Assembly (NCBI GenBank): GCA_027008645.1 | Contig: JALVEE010000121.1 | Location: 6,740-70,739 of the forward strand | Origin: Saprospiraceae bacterium | GTDB taxonomy: Bacteria > Bacteroidota > Bacteroidia > Chitinophagales > Saprospiraceae | Reading direction: 5' to 3' | Length of the DNA: 64,000 bases | Shown here: positions 39,180 through 49,155 of the stretch, in pieces | Layout: the number at the start of each line of letters is the position of its first letter | Position numbering within the stretch: position 1 is the first letter of the stretch | Position numbers and translations under genes: made by a program | The notes under the pieces: model-generated | The model's database searches: none | What the model was told of the DNA's origin: nothing | What the model saw: the letters and a program-made list of their open reading frames with translations, nothing else

Positions 39180-42100
39180 ATGGATAGATTCAAATATACA
39201 ATATTATTTTCATTTTTAATTTCCTTTGGTTTTGGTCAGATCACTACCGGCTTTAAGAAATTGAGCGTTCAGGGATATGTATCTCAGAGTATTATCTATA
39301 CAATTGCTCAAGATAGCCTTGGTAATATTTGGGCAGGAACAGAAGAAGGTGTAATGAGATACAATTCAAAAGATTTGTTTTTATACAATAAATACCAAGG
39401 AATGCCTGATTTTGCATCTAACAGGATTTCTGATATTTTTATAGATAGTGAAAATAGAATCTGGGTTGGAGTAGAAACCGGTTTATTGAAGTATGAGCTT
39501 GAAAAAAATATTTTTGTACCGGTTATTCCTGATAAAAATGATAATCTCAATCTGGTAAATTGTATTATTGAAGGAAAGAAAAACAATCTTTGGATAGGAG
39601 ATTTCAATGGATTATGGTTTTTTGATATTAAAACAGACAGTCTTAAAAATGTGTTCAAAGACAAAAGTGTTTTCTCTCTTGAATATACAGGTAATGGACT
39701 TTTAGTAGGAACCAATAAAGGATTGTATTATTTTGATGAAAAAATACAAAAAGCTGAGAAAATCAATATTGATATTAACAATGATAATTTTTCTGTTTCA
39801 TGCATTAAGAAGATTGGGAACAATTATTATATCGGGACAATGGAAAACGGATTATTTCTATTGGACGAAGACAAAAAATTTATTGGGACTGTCGATATAC
39901 CTGTGTTTTCTGATAGATATTTCAGGATAAATTCAATATTAAAACTCAACAATGACCTTGTAGTTATAGGAACAGACGGAGCTGGGCTAATATATCTTGA
40001 CAGGAATAACAATTATATTAATTCTGCTATAAATGATGTGAATGATCCCAACTCAATTTCAAGCAACGGGATATACGATATTTTGCTTGGGAAAGAAAAT
40101 ATTTTATGGATCGCTACGTATGGTGGAGGTATTAATATTTTACCATTCAACAAGCTCAAATTTAGAAATATAAGTCATATTATAAATGACAAAAACAGCC
40201 TGATTTATAATTTCACCAGGGCTATTTGTGAAGATACTCAAAGGAAGATATGGTTTGGAACTAAACAGGGTTTAAGTATTTGGGATAGGGGGCTCAATAA
40301 ATGGATCAATAAACTTGCAATCCAAAAATCATCAAAAGTACCTGATATTATACTTGCTCTTGAAGAAGATGGTGAATATATGTGGATAGCAACATATGGA
40401 AACGGAGTATTTAAAGTTGATAAGCGAGACTACTCATATACTCACTATGGAAATATAAAGAATACCGATAAAAAAATAGGATTGTCCAAAGTTTACTCTT
40501 TATTGAAAGACAGTCATAATAATATATGGCTGGGAGGAATAGACGGGGATTTGCATGAGATAAAAAAAGATGGGGAAATTGTTAGGTATCCAGTTCCCTT
40601 GGTCAAAGATATTATAGAATTGCAAGATGGGGCTATTATCGCAGTAGGTAGAATGGGAGTAAACATTATTAGAAATGGGAAGATAGATACTATAGTTGAG
40701 TTAAGTCAGGGGCATAATGAGCTGCATTATACGACTATTAATTGTGTGAAACAAAACTCAAAAGGTAATTTGATTATTGGTACAAATGGGGAAGGATTGA
40801 TTTTTTATGATATGCATAATAAACTTTTGAAAAAAATAAATATCAGCAATGGAATGCCTTCAGATATAGTTCAGGCTATCCTCATGCAGCAGGATACCGA
40901 CCTTTGGGTTAGCACAACCGGGGGATTGGCACATATTTTTTTAAATAAACAAGATACGGCTATTTACGTCTATAATAAGTTTGACGGGGTGGTTAGCAAT
41001 GAATTTAATTACGGTAGCGCAGCAAAATTGTCAGATGGCTCATTTATGTTTGGAGGAATAGACGGGGTTACAATGTTTGATCCAAAAGCTATAAAACTGC
41101 AAAGAGTAGTTCCCAATGTTGTTATCGAACAATTTAAACTATTCAAAACCAAAGAAACTAAAGACACTTCTTTGACATTATATGTAAACAATGTCAATAA
41201 TTTGCATTTGAGATACAATGAAAATTCATTCAATATAAAATTTGTCGGAATACTGCATAGTGCCCCTTCCAAGGTTTTGTATAGTTGGAAAATGTCAAGG
41301 ATAAATGATATATGGAGTGAGCCTTCAACCGAAACACAAATCAATTTCATAAATCTGTCTCCGGGCAAATATATATTTTATGTTAAGGCTTCCAATAGAG
41401 ACGGTATTTGGAGCCCTGCAAAAATGTTGAGTATTCATATTTCCCCTCCATGGTGGAAAACGACTTTAGCGTATTTATTTTACATTATCTTATTCCTTTT
41501 GGCTGTTGGTGCATTGTTTTACGGGATTAATTTGTATTTGACAAAAAGAAATGCCGAGGAGCAGATCAATTTCTTTAACAGTATTACTCATGAATTGAAA
41601 ACCCCTCTCACCATTTTATTATCAACTATTGAAACATTCCCTAAAATAGCAGATAATCCGGCATTATTGAAAATAAAATCTACTTCAAGGCAGTTGATCA
41701 ATCTGTTTGAACAATTGCTTAATTTTCATCTCGTAACTTCTGATGAGCAAAAGAGCGATAATATTAAAGAGCTGAGTCTTAATACATATATTGGAAAAGT
41801 GATTAGCAGATTCAAACCTTTATTGGAAGAGAAAAGTATTACAGTTGAAGTTGTCAATAAATGGGAAAAAGAAAATCAAAATGACTATTTTTATTATGAT
41901 AAATATATTTTGGATAAAATACTTTTCAATCTGTTGTCAAATGCTATAAAATATTCAAATAAAGGCGGAAAAATCAAAATTGTTTTGGATAAGAAAAAAG
42001 ATGATCTGATTATCTCTATCACGGATAATGGTATTGGAATCCCCAAAGACCAACAAAAATATATACTAAAAAGATATTACAGAGGTCGAAATGCCATAAA

Positions 42101-43091
42101 CAGTAATTTGCCCGGAACAGGACTGGGATTAATGATAGTCAAAAATATTATAGAAAAAGATAAGGGATTTATAAAATTTACCAGTGTTGAAAACAAAGGT
42201 TCTACCTTTACTGTGTCGCTTAAAAACAAAAAGCAACAATTTATTGAAAAAAATAAATTAAAAAATGATGAGGTTCAGCTTCCGGTTGCAGAGAGGGAGG
42301 CTCTCGACGAATATAGCGACAGCAAAATATTAATAGTTGAAGATAATAATGAATTGCGAGCCGATCTAGTTGATAAACTGGGAACATATTTTCAGGTTTA
42401 TGAAGCTGAAAACGGAAAAGAGGGATTAAAAATAGCTATGGATATTTTTCCCGATTTGATAATTACCGATCTTATTATGCCGGAAATGGATGGCTTGGAA
42501 ATGTCCCGTGCATTGCAGGATGACATCAATCTCAATCATATTCCAATTATAATGATGACCGTTTTGACAGGAAATAAACAAAAAATGGAAAGTGTGGAGA
42601 GTGGAATTTCAATTTATTTAGAAAAACCGGTTGATTATAATTATTTATTGGCTAAAGTGATAAATTCGCTGGGTTGGTCAAAAAAATTAAGAGAGAAATA
42701 TCTTCATGAGTTCGACGTGGGAAGTGCAGCTAAGTTTAGGACTCAAAAAGATGCCGACTTCATAAATAAATTGGAAAATTATGTTCTTTCAAATATCAAT
42801 GAAGAAGACCTCTCTGTGCATAATCTTTGCAGTTTTGTCAATATGAGTAGAACTGCCCTTTATATGAAACTTAAAAATATGGTAGATCTTTCACCTCAAA
42901 ACTTTATCATTCATACAAGATTGAAATATGCTAGAAAAAAACTTATAGAAGGTAAGATGAATGTTAAAGAAGTAGCGTATAGTTCAGGTTTTTCCAATCC
43001 AAAATATTTCAGTACATCATTTAAAAAGCTTTTTGGTATTTCTCCGACTACTTTTTTGAAAAATCTGAAAAACAATAATACCGAACAATAA
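39180..43091 (+). CDS. Hybrid two-component system (HTCS) sensor kinase/response regulator with an AraC-type output domain
   Basis: Periplasmic beta-propeller and Y_Y_Y sensor region, one TM helix, H-box FFNSITHELKTPLT, HATPase (GTGLGLMIVK), receiver (ILIVEDNNELR...DLIITDLIMPEMDG) and AraC HTH (VAYSSGFSNPKYFSTSFKKLFGISPTTF). This is the classic Bacteroidota PUL regulator. Confidence 0.93.
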   Translation: MDRFKYTILFSFLISFGFGQITTGFKKLSVQGYVSQSIIYTIAQDSLGNIWAGTEEGVMRYNSKDLFLYNKYQGMPDFASNRISDIFIDSENRIWVGVETGLLKYELEKNIFVPVIPDKNDNLNLVNCIIEGKKNNLWIGDFNGLWFFDIKTDSLKNVFKDKSVFSLEYTGNGLLVGTNKGLYYFDEKIQKAEKINIDINNDNFSVSCIKKIGNNYYIGTMENGLFLLDEDKKFIGTVDIPVFSDRYFRINSILKLNNDLVVIGTDGAGLIYLDRNNNYINSAINDVNDPNSISSNGIYDILLGKENILWIATYGGGINILPFNKLKFRNISHIINDKNSLIYNFTRAICEDTQRKIWFGTKQGLSIWDRGLNKWINKLAIQKSSKVPDIILALEEDGEYMWIATYGNGVFKVDKRDYSYTHYGNIKNTDKKIGLSKVYSLLKDSHNNIWLGGIDGDLHEIKKDGEIVRYPVPLVKDIIELQDGAIIAVGRMGVNIIRNGKIDTIVELSQGHNELHYTTINCVKQNSKGNLIIGTNGEGLIFYDMHNKLLKKINISNGMPSDIVQAILMQQDTDLWVSTTGGLAHIFLNKQDTAIYVYNKFDGVVSNEFNYGSAAKLSDGSFMFGGIDGVTMFDPKAIKLQRVVPNVVIEQFKLFKTKETKDTSLTLYVNNVNNLHLRYNENSFNIKFVGILHSAPSKVLYSWKMSRINDIWSEPSTETQINFINLSPGKYIFYVKASNRDGIWSPAKMLSIHISPPWWKTTLAYLFYIILFLLAVGALFYGINLYLTKRNAEEQINFFNSITHELKTPLTILLSTIETFPKIADNPALLKIKSTSRQLINLFEQLLNFHLVTSDEQKSDNIKELSLNTYIGKVISRFKPLLEEKSITVEVVNKWEKENQNDYFYYDKYILDKILFNLLSNAIKYSNKGGKIKIVLDKKKDDLIISITDNGIGIPKDQQKYILKRYYRGRNAINSNLPGTGLGLMIVKNIIEKDKGFIKFTSVENKGSTFTVSLKNKKQQFIEKNKLKNDEVQLPVAEREALDEYSDSKILIVEDNNELRADLVDKLGTYFQVYEAENGKEGLKIAMDIFPDLIITDLIMPEMDGLEMSRALQDDINLNHIPIIMMTVLTGNKQKMESVESGISIYLEKPVDYNYLLAKVINSLGWSKKLREKYLHEFDVGSAAKFRTQKDADFINKLENYVLSNINEEDLSVHNLCSFVNMSRTALYMKLKNMVDLSPQNFIIHTRLKYARKKLIEGKMNVKEVAYSSGFSNPKYFSTSFKKLFGISPTTFLKNLKNNNTEQ

Positions 43092-43112
43092 AATTAATTC
43101 TAAAATATTAAG

Positions 43113-43132
43113 TGTTTGTTTGAAAACAGACA
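43113..43132 (+). terminator. Weak hairpin after the HTCS gene
   Basis: tgtttgtt-tgaa-aacagaca forms an 8-bp stem with one G-U pair, 22 nt after the stop, followed by an A/T-rich tract. Confidence 0.2.
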
Positions 43133-43400
43133 ATTTATTATAATTCTGATAATTTTTTTATATAGATTTTGGTTTCTTTGTAATGATTTTATACCTTAGT
43201 ATCAATCACTTGAAAAAAACTAAAGGATGACAAAAATAACCGGTTTTAATTTTTTGTGTTTTCGACTATCACTATTTATACTTCATTCTGCGATTTATTT
43301 GATATAAATAATTAGATTTGACAATTTTTATACCCTTTTTGATTATTAGTATGTAGAATGATTAATTATGTTTATGTTGATTTGTATAAAAATTTGAAAG

Positions 43401-45059
43401 ATGAAAAATATTGATTTTATTAAAATGTTATTTATTGTTGGTTTCGGATTGCTGTTATCAATAAATTGTAAACCCGAAAAAAAACAAGAAGTTGAGAAAA
43501 AAACTGAAATTCAAAAACCGAATATCGTCTTTTTCATAGCGGATGATATGGAAAGATACATGTTCAATTGCCTGAAAGAAGGTAAAGGTAAAAACCTCTC
43601 GCCTCATCTTGATAAATTGGCAAATGAGGGAGTATTGATGCTAAATCAATATGTTAGTTCTGCTGTTTGTACTCCCAGTAGATTTGGATGTCTTACAGGT
43701 CAATATGCCAGTAGAGCCAAGAGTAAATATATGACAGATTTCACAAAGAAAATGGATGGACAAACTGTTGTACAATGGAATTCCTATATTGTGTCGGGAC
43801 AACCGACTATCGGTACTTATATGAAAGACCTGGGATATACAACAGGATTTTACGGAAAAAATCATGCAGTCGAGGCACCCGGATGGAAAAAACTTCCCCT
43901 AGACACAGATCCAACTACTCCTGAAGCAGTCAAAGTATTGAAAAATAATGCTAAAATAATTAGCGCACAACTAAAAAAATGCGGTTTCGATTATTCCGGA
44001 GGGCTTTATCAAGACAATCCAAGCTATCTCGGTCCTGAAAAATTAAGAGTTCAAAATCTGGATTGGATTACCGATAATGCCTTGGATTTCCTTAACAAAA
44101 CACCGGATAAACCTATATTCCTTTACTATGCCACAACAGTACCACACGGACCATCCAATGCAGAACAATCATGGTTTGGAGACAGAAGAGTTACCGCCGA
44201 AGGAATTTTGGATAAAGCTCCGACCTGTTTACCTCCTAAAGAGACTATTCCAAAACGGCTTATAGAGGCGGGATTGGTAAAAGAAGGAGAAAAAGTTCCC
44301 GATGCATTGGGCAATACTCTGTGGATTGATGATGCTCTTGGTGCATTGATGGACAAACTTGAAGAGCAAGGAAAACTGGATAATACCATTATATTTTTCT
44401 TCAATGACCACGGGCAACATGCCAAAGGTTCTGTATATGAAGGTGGGGTCAGTTCCCCCTCGTTGATTTGGAAAAAAGGAGGATTCAAGACTGGACATGT
44501 TAATAAAGCATTGGTATCAAACATTGATTTCGCCCCCACAATCATAGATATGGCAGGAGGCGATCCTCAAAAGATCAAAGCATTTGACGGCAAGAGCTTT
44601 TTACCAATATTAGATGCAAAAAAAGATAAAATCAGAGAATCGCTCTACTTCGAAATGGGATTCTCACGTGGTATCTTAAAGGACAGCTTCAAATATATAG
44701 CTCTTAGATACCCTGAGTATGCGATGAAATGGGACTTAAAAAAACGTAAGGAAATATTGGATAAATGGAATAACTTTAGAATAAAAAATAAATTGGAATA
44801 TCATTTTACCGATCCGTCTTTACCTTTTTCACATCTTATGTTGATACCCGGTGGAGGCGATGCCGAATTTCCTTCGACTAAAAGATATAAGCATTATTAT
44901 GATACTGATCAATTATACGACTTGAGAACAGATCCGAAAGAACAGAATAATCTATTCAATAATCCAAAATACAAGGATAGAGTTAAAGACTTGCAAAATG
45001 AATTGAAAAAGTATCTCGCTAAACTTCCGGGAAAATTTGGAGAGTTTAAAAAACAATAG
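43401..45059 (+). CDS. S1-family sulfatase (formylglycine-dependent), lipoprotein
   Basis: Lipobox LLLSINC, PNIVFFIADDM, and formylglycine motif SAVCTPSRFGCLTGQYASR. The C-terminal LYDLRTDPKEQNNL is typical of sulfatases. Confidence 0.9.
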   Translation: MKNIDFIKMLFIVGFGLLLSINCKPEKKQEVEKKTEIQKPNIVFFIADDMERYMFNCLKEGKGKNLSPHLDKLANEGVLMLNQYVSSAVCTPSRFGCLTGQYASRAKSKYMTDFTKKMDGQTVVQWNSYIVSGQPTIGTYMKDLGYTTGFYGKNHAVEAPGWKKLPLDTDPTTPEAVKVLKNNAKIISAQLKKCGFDYSGGLYQDNPSYLGPEKLRVQNLDWITDNALDFLNKTPDKPIFLYYATTVPHGPSNAEQSWFGDRRVTAEGILDKAPTCLPPKETIPKRLIEAGLVKEGEKVPDALGNTLWIDDALGALMDKLEEQGKLDNTIIFFFNDHGQHAKGSVYEGGVSSPSLIWKKGGFKTGHVNKALVSNIDFAPTIIDMAGGDPQKIKAFDGKSFLPILDAKKDKIRESLYFEMGFSRGILKDSFKYIALRYPEYAMKWDLKKRKEILDKWNNFRIKNKLEYHFTDPSLPFSHLMLIPGGGDAEFPSTKRYKHYYDTDQLYDLRTDPKEQNNLFNNPKYKDRVKDLQNELKKYLAKLPGKFGEFKKQ

Positions 45060-45079
45060 AAAACAAATAATACGCAACC

Positions 45080-47518
45080 ATGAAATACGGATTTTTTGAT
45101 GATAAGAGAAGAGAATATGTGATTACAAATCCCAAGACTCCATACCCTTGGATAAATTATTTGGGAAATCACGATTTTTTTTCTCTTATATCCAATACTT
45201 CCGGCGGATATTCATTCTATAAAGATGCAAAGTACCGGAGACTGACACGTTACCGTTATAATAATGTACCTACAGACGACGGAGGAAGATATTTCTACAT
45301 TAAAGATGGAGATACGGTTTGGTCTCCCGGATGGAAGCCTGCAAAAACAACCCTTGATAGCTATCAATGCAGACATGGACTGAGTTATACTATCATCCAA
45401 GGTAAAAAGGATGATTTGGAAGTAGAAGTCCTGTATTTTGTTCCTTTGCATTTCACAGGTGAGATTCAAAGGGTGAAATTGAAGAATACCGGAACAAAAA
45501 ATAAATCTTTCAAACTGTTTTCTCTTGTCGAATGGGCATTGTGGAATGCTGAGGACGATATGACCAATTTTCAGAGAAATTTTAATACCGGTCAAGTAGA
45601 AGTTGATGATAGTGTCATTTATCATAAAACAGAATTTAGAGAAAGGAGAAATCATTACGCTTTTCATTCCGTTAACCAAAAACACGATGGATTTGATACT
45701 GACCGTGAGACATTCTTAGGGCTTTATAATGGATTTAATGAACCGCAAAATGTTTTGTCCGGAAAACCTGCTGATTCAATTGCACACGGTTGGTCACCAA
45801 TAGCTTCACATTATTTTGATATAGAACTGGAGCCGGGGGAAGAAAAATCATTGATATTTATGCTTGGTTATGTGGAATTGCCGGAAGAAGATAAATGGGA
45901 ATCGAAAGGTATAATTAATAAAAAACCTGCCGAGGCGATGATTGCAGAATTTGATACTGATGAAAAAATCGAAAAAGCTTTGGAAGAATTGGCTAAATAT
46001 TGGGATGATTTGTTGTCAAAATTCTATTTGAAATCAAGTGATCCTAAATTGAACCGTATGGTCAATATCTGGAATCAATACCAATGCATGATCACATTTA
46101 ATATGTCCAGAAGCGCTTCTTATTTCGAATCGGGAATTGGTAGAGGCATGGGTTTCAGAGACTCAAATCAGGATTTGATCGGTTTTGTTCATCAATCACC
46201 GGATCGGGCTAGACAACGAATAATCGATATCGCTTCAACTCAATTTCCAGACGGTAGCTGTTATCACCAATATCAGCCGTTAACAAAAAGGGGGAATGAT
46301 GCGATTGGAAGTGGCTTTAACGACGACCCTCTATGGTTGATTTTAGGAACAACAGCATACTTAAAGGAAACCGGCGATTTCAGTATTCTGGATGAATCAG
46401 TACCATTTGACAATAACAAAAGCCTTGCAAAATCATTGTTTGACCATTTGACAATATCGTTTGACCATGTGATAAATAATCTCGGACCACACAATCTTCC
46501 GTTGATAGGAAGAGCTGACTGGAATGATTGTCTTAATCTCAATTGTTTTTCCAAAGATCCCAATGAATCATTTCAAACTACTGAAAACAAAACAGAAGGT
46601 TCTAAAGCCGAATCTTTAATGATTGCCGGTCTGTTTGTTGTTTATGGTACGGAATATGTGGAACTATGTAAATTCTTAGATAAAGACAAAGAAGCAAAGA
46701 GAGCTCAAAAACACGTAGATAAAATGATAGAAGCCGTAAAAAAATACGGTTGGGATGGTGAATGGTTTCTCAGAGCCTATGATTTTTTTGGAAATAAAAT
46801 TGGAAGCAATGAAAATGAAGAAGGAAAAATTTTCATTGAATCCAATGGATGGTGCAGTATGGCCGGTATTGGACTTGAAGACGGATTGGTCAAAAAATCA
46901 TTAAACTCAGTTAAGAAATATTTGGATACAGACTATGGTATTATATTAAATAGTCCGAGTTTCACAAAATACTATATCGAAATGGGAGAAATCTCCACTT
47001 ATCCGGAAGGATATAAGGAAAATGGCTCCATATTTTGCCACAACAACCCATGGATTATCATTGCAGAAACCGGTATTGGAAGAGGTGAAATGGCATTTGA
47101 CTATTATAAAAAAATCGCCCCCGCTTATCTGGAGGATATCAGCGATTTACATAGAACAGAACCTTATGTCTATGCACAAATGATTGCAGGTAGAGATGCC
47201 TATAAGCCTGGCGAAGCAAAAAACTCCTGGCTTACCGGTACGGCTGCTTGGAATTATTATGCAGTGACACAATATATTTTGGGAATCAGACCGGATTATG
47301 ACTCACTGATTATCGACCCATGCATTCCGGGATCTTGGAAAGAATTCAAGATTAAAAGAGTTTTTAGAGGAGCGATTTACAATATAGAAGTCAAAAACCC
47401 AAATCACATCTCCAAAGGAATCAATAAGATCATTGTCGATGGAAAAGAACAATCCGGTAACAGATTACCTGTTTTTAAAGAAAAAACAGAACATGATATT
47501 ATAGTAATACTCGGATAA
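45080..47518 (+). CDS. GH94 glycoside phosphorylase, cellobiose phosphorylase-like
   Basis: From memory it aligns nearly end to end with characterised cellobiose phosphorylase (e.g. Cellulomonas/Cellvibrio gilvus CBP). Matching blocks are [130 protein letters not shown] and [11 protein letters not shown]. It has no signal peptide, so it is cytoplasmic. Confidence 0.9.
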   Translation: MKYGFFDDKRREYVITNPKTPYPWINYLGNHDFFSLISNTSGGYSFYKDAKYRRLTRYRYNNVPTDDGGRYFYIKDGDTVWSPGWKPAKTTLDSYQCRHGLSYTIIQGKKDDLEVEVLYFVPLHFTGEIQRVKLKNTGTKNKSFKLFSLVEWALWNAEDDMTNFQRNFNTGQVEVDDSVIYHKTEFRERRNHYAFHSVNQKHDGFDTDRETFLGLYNGFNEPQNVLSGKPADSIAHGWSPIASHYFDIELEPGEEKSLIFMLGYVELPEEDKWESKGIINKKPAEAMIAEFDTDEKIEKALEELAKYWDDLLSKFYLKSSDPKLNRMVNIWNQYQCMITFNMSRSASYFESGIGRGMGFRDSNQDLIGFVHQSPDRARQRIIDIASTQFPDGSCYHQYQPLTKRGNDAIGSGFNDDPLWLILGTTAYLKETGDFSILDESVPFDNNKSLAKSLFDHLTISFDHVINNLGPHNLPLIGRADWNDCLNLNCFSKDPNESFQTTENKTEGSKAESLMIAGLFVVYGTEYVELCKFLDKDKEAKRAQKHVDKMIEAVKKYGWDGEWFLRAYDFFGNKIGSNENEEGKIFIESNGWCSMAGIGLEDGLVKKSLNSVKKYLDTDYGIILNSPSFTKYYIEMGEISTYPEGYKENGSIFCHNNPWIIIAETGIGRGEMAFDYYKKIAPAYLEDISDLHRTEPYVYAQMIAGRDAYKPGEAKNSWLTGTAAWNYYAVTQYILGIRPDYDSLIIDPCIPGSWKEFKIKRVFRGAIYNIEVKNPNHISKGINKIIVDGKEQSGNRLPVFKEKTEHDIIVILG

Positions 47519-47551
47519 TTAGATTAATCATTATTAGAAAATAAAATTGAT

Positions 47552-48997
47552 ATGCTAAACAAAGAAGAACGCAAACCCTTAATCGCACCGGAAGACAAAG
47601 TGCCTTTTAAAAGCAAATTGGCTTATGCTGCTGCCGGTCCGGTGGATGTTTTAGGAATTTGGGTTCTCGTGAGTATAGCATATCAGGTATTCAATATGGA
47701 ACTAAAACTTCCTCCTACTTATGTCGCCATTATACTGATGTCACTAAGATTATGGGATGGTGTATTGGATCCTATTATGGGTTGGATATCAGACAATACT
47801 CGTACCAAATGGGGTCGAAGAAGACCATTTATTTTTGTTGGTGCGATAATGGCAGGACTCCTATATCCCCTCATTTGGTGGTTTCCTACTGATTTATCAC
47901 AAGTAGGTATTATGTTTTGGGTTATTGGATTCGGTATTATTTTTTATACATTTTTCACGATTTGGGGCATTCCTTACCAAAGCCTTTTGATGGAAATGAC
48001 CCCGGATTACAATGAACGAACACGTGTTGCAGAAATGAGAAGTTATTTCCAAACAATTGCAGGTTTTGCAAATGGATGGATATGGTGGTTGTCAATGTTA
48101 CCGGTATTTTTTATAGTAAAAGACGGTGTTGAAGTACCAAGCCCGCTAAATGGAATGAGATATATCAGTATAATAATCGGTGCCTTGATCATTATTCTCG
48201 GTATTTTACCGGCAATTTTTCTAAAAGAAAGGTATTATGAAAGTGATTTGGTACAAAACCAAAAACAAATAAAATTATGGACAAGTATAAGAGAGACTTT
48301 AAGCAATAGACCGTTTCTTATATTGAGTCTAATCACAATCTTCTTCTTGATGGGACAAGCGATTTTTGATGGTTACGGTCGTTATGTCGGCACCTATTAT
48401 GTTCTTGGAGGAGACTGGGGAGAAGGAGCAAAATTTGCCGGATATGGCACAGTGATATATACGGTTTTTAGCCTGATTTTTATTCCTATTTTTCGCTCTT
48501 TATCTGAAAAAATCGGTAAGAAAAAAGTACTTACGATATCGATGACTCTTGCTATTATTTCTTATGCAACAACTTGGTGGACTTTTACACCAAGTAATCC
48601 TTGGTTGATGCTGCTAAATACGGTTTTTATAGGAGCAGGATATGCAGGATTGTGGCTGATGCTACCGTCTATGCAAGCAGATGTAGTTGATTACGACGAA
48701 TTAAAAACGGGAGAAAGGCGTGAAGGAGGTTTTTCTTCTATATATTCTTGGATTTTAAAATTGAGCTTTATGGTTGGTTTTTTGATTACAGGACCTTTGC
48801 TTGAGATAACAGGATTTGATGCTGAATTGGGAAGTACTCAAGCGGAAGGAGTATATACAAATATGAGAATTGGATTCTTGGTTATTCCCGTTGTTGCATT
48901 AGGGATTGCATTGTATTTGTTAAGATCTTTTCCTATTACAGCAAAAAAAGCAAATGAAATACGAACAGAATTGGAAAATAGAAGAGGAAATGTATAA
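47552..48997 (+). CDS. GPH-family (MFS_2) glycoside:cation symporter
   Basis: 12-TM protein with the GPH signature LRLWDGVLDPIMGWISDNTRTKWGRRRPFIFVGA. It lies between the two phosphorylase genes. Confidence 0.85.
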   Translation: MLNKEERKPLIAPEDKVPFKSKLAYAAAGPVDVLGIWVLVSIAYQVFNMELKLPPTYVAIILMSLRLWDGVLDPIMGWISDNTRTKWGRRRPFIFVGAIMAGLLYPLIWWFPTDLSQVGIMFWVIGFGIIFYTFFTIWGIPYQSLLMEMTPDYNERTRVAEMRSYFQTIAGFANGWIWWLSMLPVFFIVKDGVEVPSPLNGMRYISIIIGALIIILGILPAIFLKERYYESDLVQNQKQIKLWTSIRETLSNRPFLILSLITIFFLMGQAIFDGYGRYVGTYYVLGGDWGEGAKFAGYGTVIYTVFSLIFIPIFRSLSEKIGKKKVLTISMTLAIISYATTWWTFTPSNPWLMLLNTVFIGAGYAGLWLMLPSMQADVVDYDELKTGERREGGFSSIYSWILKLSFMVGFLITGPLLEITGFDAELGSTQAEGVYTNMRIGFLVIPVVALGIALYLLRSFPITAKKANEIRTELENRRGNV

Positions 48998-49028
48998 ATA
49001 AAATAATCACGCAGTACACTTACGCTAC

Positions 49029-49140
49029 AACCTGAAACATTGAACCTGAAACATCGAACCTGAAACATCGAACCTGAAACATTGAACCTGAAACATTGAA
49101 CCTGAAACATTGAACCTGAAACATTGAACCTTAAACATAA
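49029..49140. repeat. Tandem array of a 14-bp unit aacctgaaacatYg (7 full copies plus 1 degenerate)
   Basis: Read directly: units start at 49029, 49043, 49057, 49071, 49085, 49099 and 49113, with a degenerate unit at 49127. The array ends 16-18 bp before ATG 49156. Confidence 0.97.
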
Positions 49141-49155
49141 AAGAAGAAGAAGAAT

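Noticed and set aside
39308-39715. 135-aa minus-strand ORF inside the HTCS gene (similarly 45212-45685, 44126-44545 and 41009-41368)
   Set aside because: All lie antisense within long, motif-rich plus-strand genes and have no recognisable domains. They are typical shadow ORFs.
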